64,000 nt of DNA from an uncultured Candidatus Rokubacteria bacterium (GTDB taxonomy: Bacteria; Methylomirabilota; Methylomirabilia; Rokubacteriales; DASRDR01), in NCBI GenBank assembly GCA_963708025.1, contig CAVPSB010000007.1, positions 1 through 64,000 on the forward strand, written 5' to 3'. The translations under genes were made by a program, and so were the position numbers. This document shows positions 9,544 through 18,742 of this stretch, in pieces. The notes below the pieces were generated by a model. It searched no databases, had not been told where the DNA came from, and worked only from the letters and a program-made list of their open reading frames with translations. Each line of letters begins with the position of its first letter. Within the stretch, counting starts at the first letter, position 1.

Positions 9544-10443
9544 CTACGTCGCGAGAAGATCCTTGACGCGCGTCCCGAGCCAGCCCGCTTCGCGCTTGTC
9601 CCAGTAGAGGGCGCGGATTCGCCGGCTCAGCGGCCCTGGCGTCCCGCCGCCAAGCGGCTCGCCGTCGACCCGGCTCACCGGCATGATGCCGCCGGCCGTC
9701 GAGGAGAGAAAGGCCTCGTCGCCCTCGCGCAGGTCGGCGGGGGTGAGGTCGTCCTCGCGGGCGGTCACGCCCAGCTCGGCGGCCAGCTCCAGGACCGTCC
9801 GCCGCGTGATTCCTTCCAGCACGTTGCTCCGCGGCGTCAGCAGGACGCCGCGCTTGACGACGAAGAGATTGAAGCCGGGGCCCTCGGCGAGGTGGCCGGC
9901 CGGCGTGCAGAGGACGGCGGTGTCGGCGCCGCGATCGAGGGCCTCGAACAGGCCCCGCTGGAGATCCATCCAGTTGAAGTTCTTGACCCGGGGGTCCATC
10001 GCCTCGGCCGGGGTGCGGCGGTTCCCGGCCACCACCAGGTCGATCCCGGCCTCCTGCTTCTCCGGGCTGGCGATCCAGATGTAAGGGAGCGCGAACGCGA
10101 CGAACCGGTTCGCGCACAGCCGGGGGTCTCGCCGGGTGATCGACGGGAAGCTGCCGCGGGTGACGATCATCTGGACGTAGGCGTCCTCGAGCCCGGCGCG
10201 CTCCACGCAGCCCGCCAGGATCCGCTGGAGGGCGACTGGCGGGTGGGGGCAGGTCAGGCGCATCCCGGCGCACGAGCGGAGGAAGCGCGCCACGTGGTCG
10301 TCGAGCCGGAAGAACCAGCCCTTCCAGACCGAGACGGTGTCGTAGACCGCATCGCCCCGGGTGAAGCCGACGTCGAAGATCGAGATCTTCGCCTCGCCCG
10401 CGGGCAGGTACTCGCCGTCGATGAACGCGATGCCGTCCGCCAT
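9544..10443 (-). CDS. PLP fold-type IV aminotransferase, (R)-selective amine transaminase-like
   Basis: SIFDVGFTRGDAVYD, FRLDDH, IVTRG, DPRVKNFNW, EGPGFN, LEGITR, STAGG; AAGGAGG SD. Confidence 0.9.
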   Translation of the reverse strand: MADGIAFIDGEYLPAGEAKISIFDVGFTRGDAVYDTVSVWKGWFFRLDDHVARFLRSCAGMRLTCPHPPVALQRILAGCVERAGLEDAYVQMIVTRGSFPSITRRDPRLCANRFVAFALPYIWIASPEKQEAGIDLVVAGNRRTPAEAMDPRVKNFNWMDLQRGLFEALDRGADTAVLCTPAGHLAEGPGFNLFVVKRGVLLTPRSNVLEGITRRTVLELAAELGVTAREDDLTPADLREGDEAFLSSTAGGIMPVSRVDGEPLGGGTPGPLSRRIRALYWDKREAGWLGTRVKDLLAT

Positions 10444-10543
10444 GCTCGCCTCCTTGACGGCCGTGGGTCGGGCCGCCATACTCGCCGTGTTCGAAGCGCC
10501 CCGGTCGAGCCTAGCACACACGTGGGTCGTGGAAGGGAACGCG

Positions 10544-11371
10544 ATGCGAGTCATCCGGATCGGCCACAGCCCGGACGCCGACGACGCCTTCATGTTCTAC
10601 GCCCTCACCCACGGGAAGGTGGAGATGCCCGGTGTCCGGATCGAGCACGTCCTCGAGGACATCGAGTCCCTGAACCGGCGCGCCGCCACCGGGGAGCTCG
10701 AGGTGACCGCCATCTCCTGCGCCACCTACCCGTCGATCGCCGACCGCTACCGGATCATGGACCCCGGGGCGTCGATGGGGAAGGGGTACGGCCCCATCGT
10801 CGTCGCCCGGCGCCCCCTCGACGAGGCGGAGCTGGCCGAGAGCGCCATCGCGGTCCCGGGGCTCGGCACCACGGCCTACCTGCTCCTGCGCCTCGTCCTC
10901 GGCGATCCCCCGGTCATCGTGGTCCCCTTCGACCGGATCATCGAGGTCGTGCTCGAGGAGCAGGCCCACGCCGGCCTGCTCATCCACGAGGGGCAGATCA
11001 CCTACGCCGCGCTGGGGCTGGTCAAGGTGCTGGACCTCGGCGAGCGCTGGACCAAGGAGACGGGGCTCCCGCTGCCGCTCGGGATCAACGTGACCCGCCG
11101 CGATCTGGGGCCGGCGCTCGCCGCCCAGCTCTCGGAGGCGCTCCGGGCCTCGATCCGCTACGCTCACGCCCACCCGGAGGAGGCGGTGGGCTACGCGCTG
11201 CGCTACGGGCGGGGGATCGACGCCGCGACCTGCACCCGCTTCGTCCACATGTACGTCAACGACTACACGGTGACCCTGGGCGAGGAGGGCCGGCAGGCCC
11301 TGGAGACGCTCTACCGCCGCGCGGTGACGGCGGGGCTGCTGGCGGCGATGCCGCCGATCGACCCGCTGTAG
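10544..11371 (+). CDS. mqnD: 1,4-dihydroxy-6-naphthoate synthase
   Basis: GHSPDADDAFMFYAL, DIESLN, GLLIHEGQITY, LPLPLG, MYVN. Confidence 0.9.
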   Translation: MRVIRIGHSPDADDAFMFYALTHGKVEMPGVRIEHVLEDIESLNRRAATGELEVTAISCATYPSIADRYRIMDPGASMGKGYGPIVVARRPLDEAELAESAIAVPGLGTTAYLLLRLVLGDPPVIVVPFDRIIEVVLEEQAHAGLLIHEGQITYAALGLVKVLDLGERWTKETGLPLPLGINVTRRDLGPALAAQLSEALRASIRYAHAHPEEAVGYALRYGRGIDAATCTRFVHMYVNDYTVTLGEEGRQALETLYRRAVTAGLLAAMPPIDPL

Positions 11372-11442
11372 GGTCAGGCCTCAATCTATCGATCCCCGAG
11401 CGCCGAGCGCGGCCGGCTCCAGAATGTGATGAAGGCCGACCC
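11371..11442. repeat. Family C repeat, degenerate copy between convergent mqnD and mqnC
   Basis: GGGTCAGGCCTCAATC left arm overlapping the mqnD TAG; degenerate right arm GATGAAGGCCGACCC. Confidence 0.6.
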
Positions 11443-11443
11443 G

Positions 11444-12508
11444 TCACGCGCGCTCGTAGAGGGTCGTGCGCTGGACCGGCTGGAAGCCCGCCTCGCGGAT
11501 CAGGGCCACCATCTCCTCGACGTCGATGGTGTTGACGTAGTCGGCGGCCTTGTGGACGTTCTCCTCGAAGAGGGTGCCGCCCCAGTCGTCGGCGCCGAAG
11601 TGGAGCGCGACCTGCCCGGTCCGCTTGCCCTCCGAGAACCACGACGCCTGGACGTGGGGGACGTTGTCCAGGTAGCAGCGGGCGAGGGCGATCATGCGCA
11701 GGTAGGTGTTCGGCCCCGCGTAGTGCTTGATCCACTTCTCCAGCAGCGTGTTGCCCGGTTTGAAGGACCAGGGGATGAACGCGGTGAAGCCGCCGGTCTC
11801 GTCCTGCAGGCTCCGCACGGCGTCGAGGTGGTCGAGCACGTCGTCGGGCTGCTCGACGTGGCCGTACATCATCGTCGCCGTGGAGCGCAAGCCGACCCGG
11901 TGGGCCTCGCGGTGGACCGAGAGCCAGGCCTCCGGGCCGCCCTTCTTGGGGCTGATCCGCTGGCGGACGCGCTCGGACAGGACCTCGGCACCCCCGCCGG
12001 GTAGCGTGCGCTGGCCGGCCTCCTTGAAGCGCGTGAGGATCTCGCGGACTGGCAGCCCGGTGACCTGGGCCATCGTCTGGATCTCGGAGGCGGTGAAGAA
12101 GTGCGGCAGGACTCCGGGGAAGCGGCGCCCTGTCTCGCGGATCAGCTCCAGGTAGTAGTCGAGGCCGAGACCCGGGTTGTGGCCGCCCTGGAGCAGGACC
12201 GTGGTGGCGCCCCGGGCCACGGCGCGCTCGAGCTTCGCCATGACCTCCTCGACGGTCAGCGTGTAGGACTCCGGGTCGCCGGGCTTCCGGTAGAACGCGC
12301 AGAACTGGCAGTCGGTGATGCAGACGTTGGTGTAGTTCGGGTTGGTGTCGATGACGTAGGTGACGACCGGCTCGGGGTGGTGGCGGTAGCGCACGGTCTG
12401 GGCGAGCTGACCGAGGGCGAGGAGCGGCGCCTCGGTCAGGAGCCAGCGTCCCTCCTCCCGCCCGAGCCGCTGGCCGGCCTCGAGCCTGGCGGCGATCGCG
12501 GTGAGCAT
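11444..12508 (-). CDS. mqnC: Cyclic dehypoxanthine futalosine synthase (radical SAM)
   Basis: NYTNVCITDCQFCAF (CxxxCxxC), LLQGG, PGGGAEVL, TATMMYGH, FIPWSF, EENV. Confidence 0.9.
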   Translation of the reverse strand: MLTAIAARLEAGQRLGREEGRWLLTEAPLLALGQLAQTVRYRHHPEPVVTYVIDTNPNYTNVCITDCQFCAFYRKPGDPESYTLTVEEVMAKLERAVARGATTVLLQGGHNPGLGLDYYLELIRETGRRFPGVLPHFFTASEIQTMAQVTGLPVREILTRFKEAGQRTLPGGGAEVLSERVRQRISPKKGGPEAWLSVHREAHRVGLRSTATMMYGHVEQPDDVLDHLDAVRSLQDETGGFTAFIPWSFKPGNTLLEKWIKHYAGPNTYLRMIALARCYLDNVPHVQASWFSEGKRTGQVALHFGADDWGGTLFEENVHKAADYVNTIDVEEMVALIREAGFQPVQRTTLYERA

Positions 12509-13266
12509 CAGGACTCCAGCAGGCCGAGGAGCCGGCGGAACTCGGCCATGCCCTTCTCCTCGTCGGACCCCAGGCGGTAAGAGAAGCCGCGGAGATACGC
12601 GATCACGTCGTCCTCGCTGAGCCCCCACTCGCGCACGTCGCGGCGGGCACGGGCGATGGCGGGGAGGTCGCCGAGGCCGGCCTCGAGCGCGCGCCCCAGC
12701 GCCTCGCCGAGCGCGAGGCGGGCATCGGGACCGGCGTCGCGCCGGATCGCCCAGGCGGCGAACACACACGGCAGCCCGGTCCAGCGGGTCCACTCCTCGC
12801 CGAGGTCGAAGCACCGGGGCAGCGGCCACGCCCCGAAGCGCGCCCGGAGGGCCGCGTCCCCGATGAGGAGCACGGCATCGGCCGCCGCGTCGATGGGGAC
12901 CAGCTCGGGCCGCGCCACCTCGTCGCGGAAGGCGAGCAGGATCCGCAGGAGGCGGACCGAGGTCGCCGTCTCACCCGTCACCGCGATCCGGGCCGCGCCC
13001 AGCTCGGCCATGGGCCGGCTCGAGAAGAGGAACACGCTCTGGGCCCGCTCCCGGGTCGCGATGCCGAACGGGAGGAGGTGGAGCTCCGCCTCGAGCCGGA
13101 TGCAGTCGGCGAGGGGGAGGGGCCCGGCGTCGAGCCGGCCGTCGGCGACCGCCTGGCCCAGGGCCCGGGGCGGCAGGGCGTCGTGGAGCGGCCAGGGGAA
13201 CGCGTGGAAGAACGGCTCGACGTTCAGGTACGAGATGCGCCCGACCCGCGGCCTGGCGTCGCTCAA
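12508..13266 (-). CDS. mqnA: Chorismate dehydratase
   Basis: GRISYLNVEP, TATSVRLL, LLIGDAAL, DLGEEW..WTGLPCVFAAW; TTG start overlaps the mqnE stop. Confidence 0.9.
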   Translation of the reverse strand: MSDARPRVGRISYLNVEPFFHAFPWPLHDALPPRALGQAVADGRLDAGPLPLADCIRLEAELHLLPFGIATRERAQSVFLFSSRPMAELGAARIAVTGETATSVRLLRILLAFRDEVARPELVPIDAAADAVLLIGDAALRARFGAWPLPRCFDLGEEWTRWTGLPCVFAAWAIRRDAGPDARLALGEALGRALEAGLGDLPAIARARRDVREWGLSEDDVIAYLRGFSYRLGSDEEKGMAEFRRLLGLLES

Positions 13267-14363
13267 TTCCAGACCTGGACGACGTTGTAGAGCGCGTCCC
13301 GCTCGACGGGCACCTTGCCCGCGTCGCGGATCATCCGGAGGATCTGCTCTCGGGCCAGCCCGGCCGGGCTCTCGGCCCGGGCCGCGTGGGCGATGCGCTC
13401 GTCGACCAGGGTCCCGTTGACGTCGTCGGCGCCGAAGTGGAGCGCGATGGAGGCGGTGGCCTCGCCCAGCATCACCCAGTAGGCCTCGACGTGCGGAAAG
13501 TTGTCGAGCACCAGGCGGGAGGTGGCGACCATCTTGAGCGTCTCGATCGGCGACGCCTGCCGGGGCACCAGACGAGTGTCGCCGAGCTGGTAGAGGAGTG
13601 GGATGAAGGTGAGGAAGCCCGCCGTCTCGTCCTGGAGCGCCCGCAGCCGGAGCAGGTGCTCGACCCGCTCGGCGTAGGTCTCGATGTGGCCGTAGAGGAT
13701 CGTCGCGTTCGAGCGGATGCCGAGCCCGTGGGCGATCCGGTGGATCTCCAGCCACCGGTCGGCGCCCGCCTTGCCGGTGAAGTGGAGGGCCTTCTGGAGC
13801 CGCGGCGCGAAGACCTCGGCGCCGCCGCCGGGCATCGAGTGGAGCCCGGCCGCCTTGAGCCGGACCAGCGCCTCCCGCGGCTCGAGCTTCCAGCGCCGCC
13901 AGAAGTAGTCGATCTCGGCGGCGGTGAAGGCCTTGATCTGGGCCAGGGGCCGCTCCCGCCGGATGGCCCGCAGGAGGTCCTCGTAGTACTCGAACGGCCA
14001 GTCCGGGTGGTGGCCGCCGACGATGTGGACCTCCCGGATGTCGGGGTCGATCATCCGCACGATGTCCTCGGCGGAGTGCTCGAAGGCCCCGTCCTCGCCC
14101 TTCTTCCGGGCGAAGTCGCAGAAGGAGCAGGACAGCACGCACACGTTGGTCGGGTTGACGTAGCGGTTGATCACGAAGTAGACCCACTCGCCCGACTTCT
14201 TCTGCTTGACGTGCTCGGCCATGCGGCCGAGGGCGAGCAGGTCGGAGGTTTCGAGACAGGCCAGGCCCTCGTCGACACCGAGGCGCTCGCCGGCCCGGAC
14301 CTTTTCCCAGACGGCGGCGAGTCGCCGGTCGCGGACGCGGATCTCCTCGTCGCCTCTGTCCAT
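13263..14363 (-). CDS. mqnE: Aminofutalosine synthase (radical SAM)
   Basis: NPTNVCVLSCSFCDF, EVHIVGG, KAFTAAEI, SNATILYGHIE, AYWVM, ERDALY. Confidence 0.92.
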   Translation of the reverse strand: MDRGDEEIRVRDRRLAAVWEKVRAGERLGVDEGLACLETSDLLALGRMAEHVKQKKSGEWVYFVINRYVNPTNVCVLSCSFCDFARKKGEDGAFEHSAEDIVRMIDPDIREVHIVGGHHPDWPFEYYEDLLRAIRRERPLAQIKAFTAAEIDYFWRRWKLEPREALVRLKAAGLHSMPGGGAEVFAPRLQKALHFTGKAGADRWLEIHRIAHGLGIRSNATILYGHIETYAERVEHLLRLRALQDETAGFLTFIPLLYQLGDTRLVPRQASPIETLKMVATSRLVLDNFPHVEAYWVMLGEATASIALHFGADDVNGTLVDERIAHAARAESPAGLAREQILRMIRDAGKVPVERDALYNVVQVWN

Positions 14364-14529
14364 CCGGGCCTCCTCCGGTGATGCCGACGCCCGCATTCTA
14401 CGGTGGCCCGGCGCACGCGTCAACGAACGGCGCGGTCTCTGGCGGACCGGATCGACTCCCGGTGCGGGGCCGCGCGGCACCGTGTGATATAGTGCGAAGC
14501 GACCTCGACTCGAATCCGCGGAGGCGCGC

Positions 14530-14982
14530 ATGCCCGGCGAAGACCGGCAGTACTTCGAGGAGATCCAGGTCGGCAGCGAGTACGTATCTCCCGGCCGAAC
14601 GGTCACGGAGGCGGACATCGTAGCCTTCGCCGGCCTGTCGGGCGACTACAACGTCCTGCACACCGACGCCGAGTTCATGCGCACCTCGATCTTCGGCGAG
14701 CGCATCGCCCATGGCCTGCTGGGGCTGGCCATCCAGTCGGGCCTCGGCGCCCGGGCCACCTCCCGTCCCTTCGCCACGATCGCCTTCCTCGGGCTGCGCT
14801 GGCGGTTCAAGGGTCCGATCAAGATCGGGGACACGATCAAGGTGCGGGTCAAGGTGAGCGACAAGCGCGAGACCTCGAAGCCGGACCGCGGGATCGTCGT
14901 GCTCCAGCGCTCGGTCACGAACCAGCGAGGCGAGGTCGTGCAGGAGGGCGAGACCGATATCATGGTCGAGCGGCGGACCTGA
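14530..14982 (+). CDS. MaoC/PaaZ C-terminal-like dehydratase
   Basis: RTVTEADIVAFAGLSGDYNVLHTD, IAHGLL. Confidence 0.9.
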   Translation: MPGEDRQYFEEIQVGSEYVSPGRTVTEADIVAFAGLSGDYNVLHTDAEFMRTSIFGERIAHGLLGLAIQSGLGARATSRPFATIAFLGLRWRFKGPIKIGDTIKVRVKVSDKRETSKPDRGIVVLQRSVTNQRGEVVQEGETDIMVERRT

Positions 14983-15003
14983 CGGGGCGGGGCAGGCCGA
15001 CCG

Positions 15004-15438
15004 GTGGAGGCGCAGCGGTACTTCGAGGACGTCCCGGTGGGTCAGATGGTGCGCAGCCCCGGCCGGACGGTGACCGAGGCCGACGTGGTCCGGTTCGCGG
15101 GCATCTCGGGTGACCCCGAGGGGCTGGACCGGAGTCGGGTCCGGCCGGGGGAGGCGGCGGCGGTCCCGGACACCATGATCATCGCGCTGACCTCGGGGCT
15201 CGGCTTCCGCGTTCCGGCGCCCCAGCCGCTCGTCCTGGCCTTCATGGTGTGTGACTGGCACTTCCTGGCGCCGGTGCGGGTGGGCGACACCGTGTACTGC
15301 CAGACGCAGGTCACCGCCAAGCGGGGGCTGAAGGAGGGCGGGGTGCTCGTCGAGAAGCGGGAGATCGTCAACCAGCGCGGTGAGGTCGTGCAGGAAGGCG
15401 AGTACAAGCTCCTGGTCGCGCGTCGGCCCCGGGCGTGA
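15004..15438 (+). CDS. MaoC-like hot-dog protein with degenerate hydratase motif
   Basis: Paralog of the upstream gene (RTVTEAD, NQRGEVVQEGE) but lacks the His of D-x4-H. Confidence 0.85.
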   Translation: MEAQRYFEDVPVGQMVRSPGRTVTEADVVRFAGISGDPEGLDRSRVRPGEAAAVPDTMIIALTSGLGFRVPAPQPLVLAFMVCDWHFLAPVRVGDTVYCQTQVTAKRGLKEGGVLVEKREIVNQRGEVVQEGEYKLLVARRPRA

Positions 15439-16232
15439 GGGGCGAAAGGCTGCGCCGGCTCCCACGGCTGCTCTACTATCTCTACGGGCGGCGGCTGGAG
15501 TCGGAAGTGTTGCGGCGGCCGGTGCCGCAGCACGTGGGCATCATCCTCGACGGCAACCGGCGCTGGGCTCGCGCCCAGGGGCTGCGGGACCCGATCGAGG
15601 CGTATCGGCTGGGGGCCGAGAAGCTCGACGAGGTCCTGGCGTGGTGCGCCGACCTCGGCATCCCCGCGGTGAGCCTCTTCGCGTTCTCGACCGAGAACCT
15701 CACCCGCGATCCCGAGGAGGTCCGCGCCCTGATGTCGGTGATCGAGGCCAAGCTGAACGCCATCGCCGACGACCCGCGCGTCCATCGCCGTCGCGTCCGC
15801 GTCCGCGTGGTGGGGAAGCTCGACCTGGTGCCCGACTCCACGCTGGCCGCTGCTCGGCGGGCGGAGAGGGCGACGGCCGAGTACGGTGATCTGGCGCTCA
15901 CCTTCGCCCTCGCCTACGGGGGCCGGCAGGAGATCGCCGACGCGGTCCGCCGGCTCATCGGTGACCGCGCCAAGCAGGGGGCGTCGATCGAGGAGATCAT
16001 CGAGGGCGTCAGCCAGGAGGAGATCGGCCGCTACCTCTATGCCGCGGACCTCCCGGATCCCGACCTCATCATCCGCACGTCCGGGGAAGTCCGCCTCTCC
16101 GGGTTCCTGCTCTGGCAGAGCGCCTACAGCGAGTTCTACTTCTGCGATGTCCACTGGCCGGCCTTCCGGAAGATCGACTTCCTCCGCGCGATCAGAAGCT
16201 TCCAGCAGCGCGACCGCCGCTTCGGCGCGTAA
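15435..16232 (+). CDS. uppS: cis-prenyltransferase (UppS family)
   Basis: HVGIILDGNRRWA, FSTEN, YGGRQEI, PDLIIRTSGEVRLSGFLLWQ. Confidence 0.85.
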   Translation: MRGERLRRLPRLLYYLYGRRLESEVLRRPVPQHVGIILDGNRRWARAQGLRDPIEAYRLGAEKLDEVLAWCADLGIPAVSLFAFSTENLTRDPEEVRALMSVIEAKLNAIADDPRVHRRRVRVRVVGKLDLVPDSTLAAARRAERATAEYGDLALTFALAYGGRQEIADAVRRLIGDRAKQGASIEEIIEGVSQEEIGRYLYAADLPDPDLIIRTSGEVRLSGFLLWQSAYSEFYFCDVHWPAFRKIDFLRAIRSFQQRDRRFGA

Positions 16233-16237
16233 GCCCC

Positions 16238-16287
16238 GGGCCGATGACCGTCGCAACGTTCATCTCGGTCGGGCCCGGGGCAACTAG
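16238..16287 (+). repeat. Family B left-end remnant
   Basis: GGGCCGATGACCGTCGCAACGTTCATCTCGGTC matches 60115-60148; ends in CTAG. Confidence 0.7.
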
Positions 16288-16299
16288 CCAGGCCAGACG

Positions 16300-17418
16300 A
16301 TGGCTCGGGTGCTGATCACGACCGCGCCCTATGGAGCCGGCCACAACCGCGTCGCGACGGCGCTGGCCCGGGCCTTGACGGCCGAGGGGGCCTCGGCGGA
16401 GGTGGCCGACCACTTCGAGCGCTTCGTGTCCCCGACCTTCGCGCGGGCGAGCCGGGGCCTCTTCTGGCTGATCCTCCAGCACGCCCCGTGGCTCTGGCGA
16501 TGGGTCTGGGTCCTCTCCGCGCGACTGCCGACGCAGTCCCCGGCCATGGCGGGGGCGAACCGCCTCGGCGCCCGGCGGCTCGCCCGCCATCTGGCCGCGA
16601 CCCGACCCGACGTCGCGGTTCACGTCCATCCGACCGCGGCCGGGGCGATGTCCTGGCTCCGGGGCCGGGGGCTGACCCGGGTGCCCCAGGCGGTCGTGCT
16701 GACCGACTTCGCCGCCCACCCGCAGTGGATCTATCCCCGCGTGGAGCGTTACTTCGCGCCGAGCGAGGCGATCGCCGAGGAGCTGGTGGCCCGGGGGGTG
16801 CCGGCCGAGCAGGTGGTCGTCAGCGGCATCCCGATCGACGTCGCGTTCGCCGCCCCGCCGGACCGGGCGCGGCTCCGGCGGGAGCTGGGCCTGGCGGCCG
16901 AGCTGCCGGCGGTGCTGGTCATGGGCGGGATGCAGGGGCGGCTGGGCGGGATCGAGGACGTCTGCGAGGTGCTCACGGGGCTGCCCCCAGCGTTTCAGGC
17001 GATCGTCGTCTGCGGCGACCACGCGGCGCTGGCCGGGCGGCTCCGGGCGCGCTTCGCTGGTGATTCCCGGTTCCGGATCCTCGGCCGTGTCAGCGACGTG
17101 CACCGGATGATGGGCGCGGTGGACCTCGTCGTGACCAAGGCCGGCGCGTCCACGTGCGCCGAGGCCCTCGCGCTGGAGCGCCCGCTCGTTTTCTACCGCT
17201 CGCTCCCGGGTCAGGAGGAGACGAACGAGACGTGCATCGAGGCGGCCGGCGCCGGCGTCCGGGCGTCGGACAGGGGCGCCCTGGCGGGGATTCTCGCCCG
17301 CCTCCTGGCGGAGCCGCGGCGTCGCGCGGCGATGGCCGCGGCCGCCGGTCGGATCCGCCGTCCCGAGGCGGCCCGGATTGTGGCCAAGGAGCTGCTCGGC
17401 CTGGCGGGAAGCCGCTGA
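16300..17418 (+). CDS. MGDG synthase/UgtP-like glycosyltransferase (GT28)
   Basis: YGAGH, VLTDF..HPQW, GIPI, VTKAG, PGQEETN. Confidence 0.85.
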   Translation: MARVLITTAPYGAGHNRVATALARALTAEGASAEVADHFERFVSPTFARASRGLFWLILQHAPWLWRWVWVLSARLPTQSPAMAGANRLGARRLARHLAATRPDVAVHVHPTAAGAMSWLRGRGLTRVPQAVVLTDFAAHPQWIYPRVERYFAPSEAIAEELVARGVPAEQVVVSGIPIDVAFAAPPDRARLRRELGLAAELPAVLVMGGMQGRLGGIEDVCEVLTGLPPAFQAIVVCGDHAALAGRLRARFAGDSRFRILGRVSDVHRMMGAVDLVVTKAGASTCAEALALERPLVFYRSLPGQEETNETCIEAAGAGVRASDRGALAGILARLLAEPRRRAAMAAAAGRIRRPEAARIVAKELLGLAGSR

Positions 17419-17421
17419 CCG

Positions 17422-18117
17422 ATGCGTCTCGGCTGGACCGTCGCCCTTGCCGGAGCCGGCGCCTGGGTCGGGTACGGATGGGGCGCCCAGTGCGTGCTGC
17501 CGCTCACCGCGGTACGACGGGGGCCGGCCGGGCGCCGGCAGGTGAGCCTGACCTTCGACGACGGCCCCGACCCGGAGGCGACGCCGAAGCTCCTGCGCCT
17601 CCTGGCGGCCCGGAACGCCCTGGCCACCTTCTTCCTCGTCGGCGAGCGGGCGGCCCGCCACCCCGAGATCGCCCGTGCGATCGTGGACGAGGGGCACGAG
17701 GTGGGCAACCACACCTGGCGCCACCGGAATGCCTGGTTCCTCGGTCCGCGCGCGACCGCGGAGGAGATCGTCGGCGGGGCTCGCCTCCTGGCCGAGATCA
17801 CCGGTCGGATGCCACGGCTCTTCCGTCCCCCGTGGGGCATCGTCAGCATCGCCGCGCTCCAGTCGGTCCGGCGCGCCGGCTTCACCACGGTCCTGTGGTC
17901 GCTCCAGCCCGAGGGGCTCCGCCCGGTCGCCCCCGACGACCAGCTCCGCTACTGCGCGCGCCGCATGCACGATGGCGCGATCGTCTGCCTCCACGATGCG
18001 CCCGGCCTTCCCGGTGCCCCCGATCGCGTGCTCCGCCTGATTCCCGACCTGCTCGATCTCCTCGCCGATCACGGCTACGCGACCGTCCCCGCCGGCACGC
18101 TCCTCGGCTCAGCCTGA
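17422..18117 (+). CDS. Polysaccharide deacetylase (CE4/NodB)
   Basis: LTFDDGP, GNHTWRH, FRPPWG, LHD. Confidence 0.9.
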   Translation: MRLGWTVALAGAGAWVGYGWGAQCVLPLTAVRRGPAGRRQVSLTFDDGPDPEATPKLLRLLAARNALATFFLVGERAARHPEIARAIVDEGHEVGNHTWRHRNAWFLGPRATAEEIVGGARLLAEITGRMPRLFRPPWGIVSIAALQSVRRAGFTTVLWSLQPEGLRPVAPDDQLRYCARRMHDGAIVCLHDAPGLPGAPDRVLRLIPDLLDLLADHGYATVPAGTLLGSA

Positions 18118-18131
18118 GAGGGTGTGAGAAG

Positions 18132-18212
18132 GGGGTCAGGCCTTTCATTCTTATCAATCTGCCGGGTAAGGCGCCATAGCCCGAGAATTGTAAGATTGAA
18201 AGGCCTGACCCC
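18132..18212. repeat. Family C inverted-repeat element
   Basis: GGGGTCAGGCCTTTCA (18132-18147) ... TGAAAGGCCTGACCCC (18197-18212), perfect 16-bp arms with an AT-richer core. Confidence 0.9.
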
Positions 18213-18742
18213 TACGCTTGGCCTTGCAGGATCAGCTTGACTACTTCGGGCGCGATCTCGCGGGCGCGCCGGTCGAGCTCGGCCTCGGTCAGGTTGGCGA
18301 TCGGGTGCGGCATCGCCAGGAACCGGTAGTAGGGCACCCCCCACTGCTCGGCCATCGCCCGTCCCGTCACCTCGAACACGTCCGTCACGATCGCCGCCGA
18401 GGGCACCCCCGCCTTCTCCAGCAGGATTCCGTCGAGCACACTGCCCGACGAGCAGGACCCTCAGTCGCCGATCCCGGCGACCATGACGTCGCAGGTTTGC
18501 CGGAGCTCCTCGATGATCTCCTCGTGGGCCGGCACGCTGGCGTTCCGCTTGTGCCAGAGCCGCACCTCGGCCGCGTTGTATTCGCTCTTCAGGATGTCGC
18601 CGATCTTGAGGAGCAGCCGGTCGGAGTTGAACTTCGTGTTCTCGATGAGGCCGATCCGCTTGCCCTGGAGCGAGTCCGGTCGCGGCGCGTAGGCCAGCGC
18701 CTGCGGTCCCGGATCCGTGGTGGGATCGAGGAGCTCGATCAT
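18212..18742 (-). CDS. UGSC-family selenoprotein (176 aa, Sec at codon 94)
   Basis: ORF ending VAGIGD-TGA (18463-18461) continues in frame as GSCSSGSVLDGILLEKAGVP...PHP; UxxC motif; downstream hairpin. Confidence 0.88.
18430..18450 (-). promoter_or_regulatory. Candidate bacterial SECIS element
   Basis: CGUCGGGCA-GUG-UGCUCGACG 9-bp stem starting 11 nt after the UGA; G-first apical loop 20 nt after the UGA. Confidence 0.7.

Noticed and set aside
18212-18439. 75-aa ORF as a standalone gene
   Set aside because: No SD, and it is in frame with the upstream ORF through UGA-GSC; better explained as the selenoprotein C-terminus.
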